Positions 20,182 through 30,227 of a stretch of 59,176 nucleotides of DNA are shown here, one piece after another. A model generated the notes under the pieces. The model did not search any database. It had not been told where the DNA came from and saw nothing but the letters and a program-made list of their open reading frames with translations. The stretch lies in IMG/VR virus record IMGVR_UViG_3300007513_002695, positions 1 through 59,176 of that record, one strand, 5' to 3'. This stretch comes from a virus. Taxonomy: Duplodnaviria > Caudoviricetes. The translations under genes and the position numbers were made by a program. The first letter of the stretch is position 1, and every line of letters starts with the position of its first letter.

Positions 20182-20895
20182 TTATCCTCTCATTGCTCCG
20201 TGTATTTTTTCTGCTCGAGAAAACCTGCTGCCAATTACATTCCAATTTAGCTCTTTCATCATAGCATACACATAAGTCTTTCTATCATTTAAATAATCTC
20301 TATAGTAAGAGTGCTCCCATGCATCCATAACAATTACAGGAAAAATTCCAATCATGTGGTTTAAGCTATGCAAGTCAACAACAGTGTTTACATATCTTTG
20401 AAGATACATGTGATATCCTGTTACAACCCAGCCGTTCCGTGCAGAAAGAGAGCATGCTATAAAATCTTTTTGCCAAGCGTCAAAAGATCCAAAGTCTCTT
20501 TCAAGTCGCATGTATGGAATAGAGTCCATTGCTATTTCGCTTCTAAGATCACTAATATTTGCAAAATAAAGCTCATGAAGCCAAAGCGCATTAAGATTAT
20601 AAGACTCATCTATTTTAAGAGATCTAAATGCTGAGTGATTTAAATTTGCCTCTTCTCTGTTGGCGGTATCAAGCTCAGCGCTTACTCTATTAAAAGCATT
20701 AACATAGCTGTCGTAAAGCTCTTTATGAGAAACCTTGTTTTTCTGACTAAGAAACTCTGTCTTTAGATCAAACGGTTTTGTCTGAGCAACATAGTTCTCT
20801 TTTAGAACTTTAGAGTCAGAGTGCCCAGGGTTGCTATCAATCCCCAGAGACTCTCTTATAATGTTTGCTACTTCTAAATTTTTTATATCTGACAT
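20182..20895 (-). CDS. sod: Fe/Mn superoxide dismutase family protein with N-terminal extension
   Basis: SHKELY..YV, LHELYF, FGSFDAWQKDF, GWVV, MDAWEHSYY.DY; four metal ligands present. Confidence 0.88.
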   Translation of the reverse strand: MSDIKNLEVANIIRESLGIDSNPGHSDSKVLKENYVAQTKPFDLKTEFLSQKNKVSHKELYDSYVNAFNRVSAELDTANREEANLNHSAFRSLKIDESYNLNALWLHELYFANISDLRSEIAMDSIPYMRLERDFGSFDAWQKDFIACSLSARNGWVVTGYHMYLQRYVNTVVDLHSLNHMIGIFPVIVMDAWEHSYYRDYLNDRKTYVYAMMKELNWNVIGSRFSRAEKIHGAMRG

Positions 20896-20902
20896 TTTTT
20901 AA

Positions 20903-21178
20903 CTACAACCTATTGTATAATTTTAAATCTGACTCTGGAATTTTGATCACAGTTCCGTCACCTCTCTGACATCTTAGATAAAAATCATTACCAGATTTAA
21001 TTATAGATATCACAGTGTAGACCAGTCCCGACTTGGGTTCCTGTAATTTGAGTCCGGGTGAGAGAATTATCTTTTTTTGACCACCGTCACCAGAAAACAG
21101 CTTGATCTCAGAAACACTTTTATCTTGTATCTCTGATACCATGGCTTCTATATCTTTTCCTGATAAGGTGTCTTTCAC
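20903..21178 (-). CDS. hypothetical protein
   Basis: 91-aa ORF with SD GGAGA; ATAATTA at 21207..21213. Confidence 0.6.
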   Translation of the reverse strand: MKDTLSGKDIEAMVSEIQDKSVSEIKLFSGDGGQKKIILSPGLKLQEPKSGLVYTVISIIKSGNDFYLRCQRGDGTVIKIPESDLKLYNRL

Positions 21179-21243
21179 TCTGTCTCCAAGAATAAGGGCA
21201 TAATACTAATTATTTAAATAAATTTAATTTACAGATAAAGAAA

Positions 21244-21660
21244 TTAGTCAATGCTATGTTGCCTTACTTTGACCCCGGCATCTGATAAAATACCCAGGCC
21301 TGATATATCCCTGTACTCTTCTAAAAATACCACCTCTTTTATGCCAGAGTTGATTATCGATTTTGCGCACATTCTACATGGAGAAAGTGTGACATATAGA
21401 ATCTTATCTTTTGGATTGTTATAATCCATCTTGAGAAGAGCATTAATTTCTGCATGAATAAGCCCAGACTCCCCCGGGAAGTCTGACTCAGGCTCGTTTG
21501 GTCCGCCGGCATAGTTTCCATTATACCCAACTGAAAGAACCTGGGTGTTGTCTGTTGTAACAATTATAACTCCAACCTGGTGCCTCGGATCGCAAGATCT
21601 CCCAGCAATCGTCTTTGCAGTTTTAATCCAGACTGTATCCCAGGTCGGCCTACTGATCAC
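21244..21660 (-). CDS. dCMP deaminase
   Basis: RPTWD, RS.D...QVG, GYNG, HAEINA, SPCRMCAKSIINSGI. Confidence 0.92.
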   Translation of the reverse strand: MISRPTWDTVWIKTAKTIAGRSCDPRHQVGVIIVTTDNTQVLSVGYNGNYAGGPNEPESDFPGESGLIHAEINALLKMDYNNPKDKILYVTLSPCRMCAKSIINSGIKEVVFLEEYRDISGLGILSDAGVKVRQHSID

Positions 21661-22580
21661 TATTTTTTATCTTCAGGTTTGACGGACTGTGTAGTCTCGC
21701 TTTTCTTTCTAGTCTGTCTCTTCTTAGTGACCTTAGCTTTTTCCGGTTTGTCAAACAGGTCTTCAACATGTTTGTTTTTGGGAAGTTGAAAACCAGCTGC
21801 TTTCTTGTGGCCGCCTCCGCCGAATTTCTTTGAAATCTCTGAAACGTCTACAGCTTCGTGAAAAGCTCGGAGGCTTACTTTTGTCTCCTTGGATTCATGA
21901 TCCCAATACCATATCATGGCAAAGTCGCAGTCCGGAGCAAGACGAGCACCGATCTCTGACATCCAGTGAGATGAATTTACAACAAGAACATCTTTGCTAT
22001 CTAGCTTTCTCTTAGAAGCTTTTTCACATACCTTCTTGACAACAGTCTTGCTATATGCTAGAATATAAGAACCCCGCTTGCATGCGTCGTCAAAGACTGA
22101 ATCATCTTCAAACTTTTCAAACTCTTCAAACTCAAATGGCACCATGTCAAATGCTGCACTAAACTCTTTTGAGTATTCAAGCTCCCACTTCCACAAATCT
22201 CTATCTTGAATGTATTTAATAAATTTAGGAGGCTCTTTTCCTGGATGAAAAAATTCCCAAGATAAAATTGCACCAGATTTTGTCATATCAAAATGAGTGT
22301 TAGCAATATCATGTAGCTCGACCATCGCCGACTTATGGTGATCTATTACAAGAAGAGAATTAGAATCTTCAATCATCTGCTTTGTAGTTGCATTTCCAAA
22401 CGAAAAATCCAAGATTACAACGTTTTTTCCTTTGACATTTGGCGGAGGCGTACCGTGCTTGCATGGATGATACTCAGCTCGGTTTCCAAGCAATTTCCAT
22501 GCCGAGTAGGCAGCACCAAAACCATCAGTGCAATCTGCATGATAAATGACGCAGTTTACAGATGTTGGTTCGTTAATCAT
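21660..22580 (-). CDS. DHH/DHHA1 family phosphoesterase
   Basis: YHADCTDG, LDFS, IDHHKS, QDRDLW, SLRA, GGGGHKKAAGF. Confidence 0.9.
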   Translation of the reverse strand: MINEPTSVNCVIYHADCTDGFGAAYSAWKLLGNRAEYHPCKHGTPPPNVKGKNVVILDFSFGNATTKQMIEDSNSLLVIDHHKSAMVELHDIANTHFDMTKSGAILSWEFFHPGKEPPKFIKYIQDRDLWKWELEYSKEFSAAFDMVPFEFEEFEKFEDDSVFDDACKRGSYILAYSKTVVKKVCEKASKRKLDSKDVLVVNSSHWMSEIGARLAPDCDFAMIWYWDHESKETKVSLRAFHEAVDVSEISKKFGGGGHKKAAGFQLPKNKHVEDLFDKPEKAKVTKKRQTRKKSETTQSVKPEDKK

Positions 22581-23148
22581 CTCTTCCTCTTTGATTCATG
22601 AAATCATGGTATTCCCAGCACCGAGGCTCATACAAATCAGAGCCACCTACAGTAATCTCTGCGCCGGAATACTTTCTATGTGTATAGTATGCATCCTTCC
22701 CTGTAACAGTGCACACAGCTGGGCAGATTTCTATTTTAGTCGCCCAGGGCATCATGTCTCTAATTTCTTCAAAAATATTTCCTGTTGCAGAAAGCTGAAG
22801 AGAAGAGACAACAATGGACATTCCCTCTCTAAACAGCTTCAATAATGCGCCTGCAACACCATCTATCATAAATGCTTCATCCACAGCAATAACATCGAAT
22901 GTCTCTCCGGATCCATAAATATATTCTAACATATCTTCTCCAGAGTTTACACCAATTCCTGGAAGTCTTCCTCCTGAATGTGTGGCAATTTCAACATCAG
23001 AATATCTATCATCCATAATAGGTTTAAAAGCTATTATTTTTTTATTTTGATACCTGTATCTGTCAACTGCTGCTAGAAGCCTAGTAGTCTTAGATCCAAA
23101 CATTGGCCCAGTAAAAATAATAAATTCAGGATCTAAAGTAATTTTCAT
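22573..23148 (-). CDS. tdk: thymidine kinase
   Basis: TGPMFGSKTT, KP..DDRY, IATHSG, VDEA, VGG.DLYEPRC; start placed at ATG 23148. Confidence 0.88.
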   Translation of the reverse strand: MKITLDPEFIIFTGPMFGSKTTRLLAAVDRYRYQNKKIIAFKPIMDDRYSDVEIATHSGGRLPGIGVNSGEDMLEYIYGSGETFDVIAVDEAFMIDGVAGALLKLFREGMSIVVSSLQLSATGNIFEEIRDMMPWATKIEICPAVCTVTGKDAYYTHRKYSGAEITVGGSDLYEPRCWEYHDFMNQRGRDD

Positions 23149-23149
23149 C

Positions 23150-23566
23150 CTATGCTCTTCCATAGTCATCTTCTATTCTCTCGGGGAGATCCTGATTATT
23201 GTTTCCTATTTCTATAATCTCACAATCTGTTATGGCTTCAATCCTATACGGACAACAAGACTGAACTAGCAGAGTGTTACCCGACTTCATCCTTTTCACT
23301 TGAATTGGATGGGCAACAGCATCAGATATAGAAAGCTCATTTCCAAAAGTTACTTCTGCTTCTCCGGAAACTAAAAAAAGAACCTCATTTTTTAACTTAT
23401 GATATTTAAAACTAGTCCTATGACCAGCATTTATATAAAGTAGCTTACCATGAACACCGTCAAATCCCGACCAAGATTTCTCACTCCCCCAGGGTTTTTC
23501 TTTTGTGACGGGGGGCCCTTTAGTTATCCAGCTAGATTTTACATGTTTTGAAATTTTATATGACAC
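23150..23566 (-). CDS. cupin-domain protein (mannose-6-phosphate isomerase C-terminal-like)
   Basis: EKPWGSE, KLLYI..GHRTS..YH..KNE.LFLVSG. Confidence 0.75.
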   Translation of the reverse strand: MSYKISKHVKSSWITKGPPVTKEKPWGSEKSWSGFDGVHGKLLYINAGHRTSFKYHKLKNEVLFLVSGEAEVTFGNELSISDAVAHPIQVKRMKSGNTLLVQSCCPYRIEAITDCEIIEIGNNNQDLPERIEDDYGRA

Positions 23567-24603
23567 TAATCATCTCCCGGCATTCTAAGTATGTGCGGAG
23601 TTCCCTCCAAATGACCAGAGGGTGTCTGAGTCCCCCATCTGGCAACAACTGAAATTTCTGATAATTTTCTAGCCCCCATATATGACATTCCGCTTCTTAT
23701 CCCTGATTGGAAATTTCTAATAATATTTCTTACAGGGCCTTTTACTGTAACAGTAGTTTTTACTCCCTCACCAACGGGCAGGTCATTACTATTTCTATTA
23801 TTTCTATCTACCATCGCTGCAGTTGAAGCCATGCCCCGAAAGACCTTATAATCTTTTCCGTTTGTAGTGATAGTTTCACCGGGAGTTTCATCAGTCCCAG
23901 ACAGTAAACTTCCCACCATAATAAAATCTGACCCTGCTGAAAGAGCCTTGACTGCATCCCCAGAGGATCTTATCCCTCCGTCAGCTATGATTTGTACTCC
24001 TAGTGTATCTGCAATTTCACAGCATTCAAGAAGACAAGTAAACATGGGGACACCATGACCAGTAATCACTCTAGTTGAGCAACAAGAGCCTCCACCAATT
24101 CCAACCTTAATACAATCTGCTCCCCACGCAGACAAATCGGCAACAGCGTCAGGTGTAGCAACATTTCCTGCAACTATATAAATGGAATCCCCAAATGTGT
24201 TCCTCATTACCCTGAGAGTATGTCTCATCATAGTGCTATGTCCATGTGCTATATCTACAATAAAATTTCTAGCTCCGGCAGCATACAGGGCACGGGCTCT
24301 TTTTAAATCTATTTCATTTACCCCGACTGAAACGAGACAGTCAGCACCAGAATCAACTACTTCTTTATATTCTTTTACTGCTTGTTCTATTGGGGTAAAT
24401 CTATGTAATGCACCGACAGCACCAGCTTTAAACATCTCAATTGCCATCTTTGGACCCGTAACTGTGTCCATATTAGAAGAAATAACTGGGACATCAAGAT
24501 TGATACTTCCAATCTGCGCTGACGTATCTAGTTCTGACCTAGACAGGCAATCTGTCATTTGCGGAACTAAGAAGACGTCGTTAAACGTATAATAGGTTTT
24601 CAT
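23566..24603 (-). CDS. IMP dehydrogenase / GMP reductase family (no CBS domains)
   Basis: TFNDV.LVP, SSNMDTVT, VDIAHGHS, AGNVAT, KVGIGGGSCCSTR, IADGGI, FRGMAS; start placed at ATG 24603. Confidence 0.92.
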   Translation of the reverse strand: MKTYYTFNDVFLVPQMTDCLSRSELDTSAQIGSINLDVPVISSNMDTVTGPKMAIEMFKAGAVGALHRFTPIEQAVKEYKEVVDSGADCLVSVGVNEIDLKRARALYAAGARNFIVDIAHGHSTMMRHTLRVMRNTFGDSIYIVAGNVATPDAVADLSAWGADCIKVGIGGGSCCSTRVITGHGVPMFTCLLECCEIADTLGVQIIADGGIRSSGDAVKALSAGSDFIMVGSLLSGTDETPGETITTNGKDYKVFRGMASTAAMVDRNNRNSNDLPVGEGVKTTVTVKGPVRNIIRNFQSGIRSGMSYMGARKLSEISVVARWGTQTPSGHLEGTPHILRMPGDD

Positions 24604-24604
24604 G

Positions 24605-25606
24605 CTACGAAAGATCCCACCATTCAACTGTTCTCTCTAGCCCCTCCCAGAGTCTCACCTTAGGATCATACCCAAGTCGATCTCTAGCTGCAGAAATATC
24701 TGCCTGTGTATGCATAACATCGCCTGGCCGCCAAGGTGCATCCACAACCTCAGAGTTTGGAAATTTTTCTTTAAAATAGTCTAATATTTCCCTATTAGAA
24801 GTTCTATCACCGCAGGCAATATTGTAACATTCGCCCCTAAACTTTCCAGAAGCTTCAGCAGCCAAAACATTGGCATCCACAGTGTTATCTACATAGCAAA
24901 GGTCACGTGTCTGTGCCCCGTCTCCATCTGATCTCATTTGAGTTCCTAGTTTAATTGCATTGCACCAGGCAGAAATAGCTGTCGAATAAGGTGAATCTCC
25001 CCTCTGCCCAGGACCGAAAACATTAAAATATCTAAGACAAACAATATCCATATCATATAAATTTGAAAAAACTTTGGCAACATCTTCAATGGCTGATTTT
25101 TGCCAAGCGTAGGGAGACTTTGGATCTTTCGAATAAGTCTCAGAAGTCGGAAGAACGTCAGCGCCGCCGTACACAGAAGAAGAAGAGGCAAAAATAAACC
25201 TATCTATTTTCCCCCTGCAGGCTTCAAGAAGCCTAACAGTTCCAGCAATATTTACATCTGTTGTTACCGAAGGATTTTCAACAGAATATAAAACTCTTGG
25301 AATAGCTGCCTGATGAAAGACAACATTGTATTCTCCGCCCGCTATTCTTTGCAATATTCCCGAATGAGAAAAATCATCTGATATAACAAGCACGTCGTGA
25401 TTGCTTGGTTTTTGATTATTTATTTTTTCAAAATCTCTTAAGAAAGAAGCGTTAGGTAATACTCTAATTTTTAAACCTTCAAGATTTTCCAAATAACCGT
25501 TTGAAAGATTATCTACAACATCTACAGACCACCCCTCAGAAACAAGTCTTTTTGTTAAATTAGAACCTATAAACCCACACCCACCTGTAACTAAACATTT
25601 TTTCAT
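24605..25606 (-). CDS. NAD-dependent nucleotide-sugar epimerase/dehydratase (extended SDR)
   Basis: VTGGCGFIGSNL, FHQAA, ASSSSVYG, SPYAWQK (YxxxK), LRYFNVFGP, GDG.QTRD. Confidence 0.93.
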   Translation of the reverse strand: MKKCLVTGGCGFIGSNLTKRLVSEGWSVDVVDNLSNGYLENLEGLKIRVLPNASFLRDFEKINNQKPSNHDVLVISDDFSHSGILQRIAGGEYNVVFHQAAIPRVLYSVENPSVTTDVNIAGTVRLLEACRGKIDRFIFASSSSVYGGADVLPTSETYSKDPKSPYAWQKSAIEDVAKVFSNLYDMDIVCLRYFNVFGPGQRGDSPYSTAISAWCNAIKLGTQMRSDGDGAQTRDLCYVDNTVDANVLAAEASGKFRGECYNIACGDRTSNREILDYFKEKFPNSEVVDAPWRPGDVMHTQADISAARDRLGYDPKVRLWEGLERTVEWWDLS

Positions 25607-25636
25607 TTTATGTACTCCATTCTAAATAATACTAAA

Positions 25637-26575
25637 TTAGCACACCGGGTTAATATAATTCAAAATATGGGCAGAATTAAAATTAAGCCTAACTTGAACT
25701 GACTCCAGATCTGTCATAACACCCAGCCTATTAAAAATCTGGCTAGATAAATAGTAAATGAAATTTAAATCATTCTCCAATTTTTCCGTTACGTTTGTTG
25801 ATCTCATGACTGCATGAATATCAAGAATTTTATCTCTAGCTGTGGCATGAATCAAGGAGATACAGGAATCATTAGTATAAATAAACCTTCTAGAAGAAGC
25901 AGTCTGAACTAAATTATATTCATTTTTTCCAGATATCTCATCCTCTATCTTTTTCATCATTCCGTAAAATATAGATTCATAGTATTCTCTTTCTGAAGGG
26001 GTTTTTAGAATGGAACTATCTACATTTTCGAAACCTGTATCCTCAAAAAATCGGAGACTTATTCCTGTTGCCTCTCTTCTTGGGCTAGCCCTGGCTAGCA
26101 TAGAGATCTCTTCAGAAATTCTAGATAGAGAAATATTTTCCCTTGACTCAACCAAAGAAATCAAATAGTCTCTTGTTTTCTCGGGACTAGAAAGATAATG
26201 TGAAGGAACTATTCGGACATTTGGCATATCTAACAAGCTTCCACACTCTGCGGAAAAAGCATCATAAACATTTTTTAGGGAATCTATGTCATGAATCTCA
26301 TCACCTCTTTTACTAAACCTCTCCTGAATAATCTTCCACTCTGGGACAAGGATTATAAAGACATTGTTTAAATCGAAAATCTCTCTTTTATAATCTGATC
26401 TTATTCCGGGTAAATCTCTATTATACATTTTAGCGAAAATTCTTCTAGATATTTGGGATCTATCCATTAGATGCCATCTGTATCCTGTTGAATCATGCAC
26501 ATTTTTAATAAGGGTGGTTTTTCCCGAACAATCGGGACCTTCAACAAAAATGTTGTGTGCCGGAAGTTTAATCAT
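25637..26575 (-). CDS. dNMP kinase fused to a thymidylate synthase/dCMP hydroxymethylase-like domain
   Basis: N-terminal VEGPDCSGKTT, MDRS.IS, RGDE; C-terminal DSCISLIH...RDKIL....MRSTNV....NDL...NSAHI. Confidence 0.7.
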   Translation of the reverse strand: MIKLPAHNIFVEGPDCSGKTTLIKNVHDSTGYRWHLMDRSQISRRIFAKMYNRDLPGIRSDYKREIFDLNNVFIILVPEWKIIQERFSKRGDEIHDIDSLKNVYDAFSAECGSLLDMPNVRIVPSHYLSSPEKTRDYLISLVESRENISLSRISEEISMLARASPRREATGISLRFFEDTGFENVDSSILKTPSEREYYESIFYGMMKKIEDEISGKNEYNLVQTASSRRFIYTNDSCISLIHATARDKILDIHAVMRSTNVTEKLENDLNFIYYLSSQIFNRLGVMTDLESVQVRLNFNSAHILNYINPVC

Positions 26576-26607
26576 TAATATATTCTACCTAGTCATATCA
26601 TTTTTTA

Positions 26608-29600
26608 TTAGATGTTTATCTGTCTCATTTTATATGATGAAGTGCTACATCCCCACGATTCTGTAGAGGCAACTTCAGCAAGCCAAATCGTATAGAGCTC
26701 AGGAATAATTTTAAACTTTGTCCACACTCTAAGCCACTTACTTTCTGAGTTATTGTCACAAACTCTCATCTTATAGAAAACTTTTCCATTCTTAGTCTCC
26801 TTTTCATGAATCTCTTGTATGCAAAACCATACCACATCTTTCATTTTTCCAGAAAGTGATGTAATAGGGTCTAGATCAGACTTTCTAATCCTCTCCATAA
26901 TTCTTGGAGGAAATACCAGTGACTCATCAGCTCCGGACATTAATTCAACACTCATCCCTATTTTAGCAGACCTTGACCAGTCCTTTACTGAATCTGTCTC
27001 TACTATTAGACTTGGAACATATTCATTGACATAGCCTTGCTGCTTCATCAATTTTTTATAAGCAGTCTTTGTCATGCCATACATTCCTTTCTTTAGTTGA
27101 TCATAATTTCCAACAATAATATCATATAACTGCCTATGATTAGAAATCTCTTTGCTCTGCATCTCTGACAGGCTTGAAAAAGCCTCTACCTTGCACAAAG
27201 AATCAAAACATGTCTTATTCATCTTAGAAGGTTTCCAGCCCCCTTCTTCGTTAAAAAGAACATCAGATAAGTCCCTATACGGCCTGTTAATCATAATTTC
27301 TTCTACGGCAGCATCACCGACGCCCTTAATTGCTGTAAGGGGAGGAACAAACCCTTCTCGATCTTCACTATACACCCAGACATCGGACGATGCATTGATG
27401 TCAGGTGGGAGAATTGTATATCCTAGTGATTTAATTTCTGATATAACTTTTCCGAATTTATTAGTACCATTCTGAGTCTGAAGGCATGTTGCTAGCCATT
27501 CCTTTTCATAGTAGGAGTGAAGCCATGCAGAGTAATAAGAATCAATGGCGTAAGACACAGCATGAGACTTGTTGAAGCCATACCCAGAAAAGAATTCAAT
27601 TGTCTCATATAGCTTCTCTGCCTTGGCTTGATCCATTCCAGATACCTCGACAGCACCGCTAACAAACTTCTTTCGAAGATCAATTCTCTCCTGAACTTTC
27701 GCTGCATTTGAATCAAGAGACTTCTTAACCAAAGTTTTTCTCATTTTATCAGATGCACCCTTGTCAAAGTTGGCGAGCTTCTGCGCCAAAAGCATGAACT
27801 GCTCCTGGAATGAAATAAATCCATATGTCTCGCTTAGAATCTCCTCAATAACAGGATGATCATATTTAATCGGATTTCCATCCTCAACAGACTTCTTAGC
27901 TCTCACATACTTCCGATGAACACCGGCTGCCAGGGGTCCGGGACGATAAATTGCAGTAATAGTTGCTAGCTCTTCAATGGTTCTAGGTTTAGCAGCCATG
28001 CAAAAATTTCTTGCACCCTGTTGGGTAAACTGAAACACTTGAACAAATCTTCCTCTGTGATAGACATGCTCCCAGACCCTCTGGTCATCCAGGTTGTTAT
28101 ATCTACAATTCATGTTATCATCAAAGAATTTATGAATATCGTCAAATGTAGGTGAAGGATTTCCTTGTTTTCTTAGAATTAGCCTAATACAATCTTCAAC
28201 CATTTTAAGAGTTGTCAGCCCTAAGAAATCAAACTTAAGAAAACCATTTGGCTCAAGGTGTCTAAAATTCATTCCTTCAGACCACGGCGTCTGTAACTCT
28301 CCTCGGACCTTAATCACTGGCATATATTTTTCAAGATCAGGGCAGATTAAAACACCGCCAGCATGTCTTCCAATTGATCTTGACTCCATAAATAGATTTT
28401 GAACATGCTCTCTTACTTTGGGATATTCATCCATGAACTCAACATACTTAGATGAATACCTCATACAATCTTCATGTGTAAGGACATACGTCGATCTTTC
28501 TTCGTGATCTCCCATTGCTTTGTGCATGACATCTTTTTCTAAAGTATTTGTCATCGAATTGACTTCACTAAAGTCAATCCCATAAAACTTTGAAACGTCT
28601 TTAATAAGAGATTTAAGCTTCAGTGTATTAAAGTTAGAAACGGGAACAACGGACTCTTCTCCAAAAAGTTGTCTTGAGGCATCGATTAATACATCCCTGT
28701 CTCCTGCATCAGTATCAATATCAGGCCACCCAGCCTTTGTTCGGTGGAGAAATCTTTCCCACAAGAGGCCGTATTTAATTGGATCTGTAGTCGTAATCCC
28801 CAGGAGATAATTTACCAAAGACCCGGCGCCAGATCCTCGACCTGGTCCGATAATAGTTTCCTTAGACGCAAGATCAAATACCTTTGTCATAGTCAAAAAG
28901 TAATTTTCAAACCCAAGGTATTTAATATCTTCAAGCTCCATTTTAGTTCTTTCAACATATTCTTGTTTTACATGTAGTCCCTCATCTATCAGTGATTGCC
29001 TGACTCTTTTTACAAGTTGATTAAAAGCAGAATTACCAGGTTCATCAAATGTTGGAAGCTTAGCCTCTTCATCAAACCAAACCTCATCACACTGATCCCA
29101 CGCAATATCGTGTGTCCTTTCAATAGCATCGCAAATTAATTGATCTTTACCTTGATAAAAGTCATAATCTGGAACGTGCTTTTTATATTCTTCCCACATT
29201 TGCTCTGCATTCTTGGGATAAAGTTCACACTTTAAATCTTCAAATGCAGGAAGTGAGGGCATGTCATCACCTCTTGCGCCCATTCTCCCGAGCTTTCGAT
29301 AAAGCTCACGAGCTTCCCACATGTCACGACTATAATAATGACTATCAGCAGTTGCAACAAGCGGAATCCCGGTTTTTTCATGCAGTGAGATAAGATGCTT
29401 ATTCGTCTTATGCTGCATCGATAGAGAATTAAACTGAATCTCAAGATTAAAGTTCTTCTCACCAACAGCATCTACGAATCTATCAGACATGTTTTCAAGA
29501 TCTCTAAGGATTTCTACATTAGATTTTCCAAGAGCCTCTCCCCTTGCGATCAAAGAAGCAGGATAGCCCCCGATACACGCTGTGCTTACAATCAATCCTT

Positions 29601-30174
29601 CTCCGTGAAGATTGAGCATATTGTAGTCAATTCTTGGAAACCTATAAAACCCGTCGGTATAAGACTTTTTAACTAGTGTAAAAAGATTCTGCAAGCCCTT
29701 CTGATTCTTGGCAAAAACTACAAGATGATAGCGTCGCTTCCAGTCGTTTTTTTCAAAGTCTGCCTTGGTCTCGTCTTCATCTTCAATTACAAGCCCACCG
29801 GAGATTTCATCCTCAGAATTAATATCTGTAGATTCCCTCGCCTTTTTCTCACTGCGAGCAGCGCGAACTTCTTCTCTATGTTTTTCATAAGAAATCCTCC
29901 ACTCAGAAAGCGAGGGAACAAAATAAAACTCTACACCGTAAAGCTGTCTATATTTTCTACCCTGCTTTTTAAGCTTTTTTGCATATGTATGCGCGTGTGC
30001 AAGACCGTTTCCATTTCCATGATCTGTTAAAGCCCAGGCATCCATCCCGTTGGATAGAACAAAATCAATATGTTGATTCGGATACCCCAAACCATCATAC
30101 GGAGATCCCGTCCCGCAATGTGCGTGCAACCCAACAAATCTTGACGGAATGATTAGCTTCCCATTTTTTGACAT
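26608..30174 (-). CDS. dnaE: DNA polymerase III alpha subunit (DnaE family)
   Basis: PHP (LHAH, ALTDHG, TADSHY), GPGRGSGAGSL, PDIDTD, GRHAGGV, KFDFLGL, YGFNKSHAVSY. Confidence 0.97.
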   Translation of the reverse strand: MSKNGKLIIPSRFVGLHAHCGTGSPYDGLGYPNQHIDFVLSNGMDAWALTDHGNGNGLAHAHTYAKKLKKQGRKYRQLYGVEFYFVPSLSEWRISYEKHREEVRAARSEKKARESTDINSEDEISGGLVIEDEDETKADFEKNDWKRRYHLVVFAKNQKGLQNLFTLVKKSYTDGFYRFPRIDYNMLNLHGEGLIVSTACIGGYPASLIARGEALGKSNVEILRDLENMSDRFVDAVGEKNFNLEIQFNSLSMQHKTNKHLISLHEKTGIPLVATADSHYYSRDMWEARELYRKLGRMGARGDDMPSLPAFEDLKCELYPKNAEQMWEEYKKHVPDYDFYQGKDQLICDAIERTHDIAWDQCDEVWFDEEAKLPTFDEPGNSAFNQLVKRVRQSLIDEGLHVKQEYVERTKMELEDIKYLGFENYFLTMTKVFDLASKETIIGPGRGSGAGSLVNYLLGITTTDPIKYGLLWERFLHRTKAGWPDIDTDAGDRDVLIDASRQLFGEESVVPVSNFNTLKLKSLIKDVSKFYGIDFSEVNSMTNTLEKDVMHKAMGDHEERSTYVLTHEDCMRYSSKYVEFMDEYPKVREHVQNLFMESRSIGRHAGGVLICPDLEKYMPVIKVRGELQTPWSEGMNFRHLEPNGFLKFDFLGLTTLKMVEDCIRLILRKQGNPSPTFDDIHKFFDDNMNCRYNNLDDQRVWEHVYHRGRFVQVFQFTQQGARNFCMAAKPRTIEELATITAIYRPGPLAAGVHRKYVRAKKSVEDGNPIKYDHPVIEEILSETYGFISFQEQFMLLAQKLANFDKGASDKMRKTLVKKSLDSNAAKVQERIDLRKKFVSGAVEVSGMDQAKAEKLYETIEFFSGYGFNKSHAVSYAIDSYYSAWLHSYYEKEWLATCLQTQNGTNKFGKVISEIKSLGYTILPPDINASSDVWVYSEDREGFVPPLTAIKGVGDAAVEEIMINRPYRDLSDVLFNEEGGWKPSKMNKTCFDSLCKVEAFSSLSEMQSKEISNHRQLYDIIVGNYDQLKKGMYGMTKTAYKKLMKQQGYVNEYVPSLIVETDSVKDWSRSAKIGMSVELMSGADESLVFPPRIMERIRKSDLDPITSLSGKMKDVVWFCIQEIHEKETKNGKVFYKMRVCDNNSESKWLRVWTKFKIIPELYTIWLAEVASTESWGCSTSSYKMRQINI

Positions 30175-30193
30175 ATCTTTATCCTCTATGAGA

Positions 30194-30221
30194 ATTATAC
30201 TATATAAAATTCACGTTTACA
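30194..30221 (-). promoter_or_regulatory. promoter TGTAAA-N16-TATAAT for dnaE
   Basis: Perfect -10 with recurring -35 variant; SD AGAGGA follows. Confidence 0.65.
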
Positions 30222-30227
30222 CGAAGA

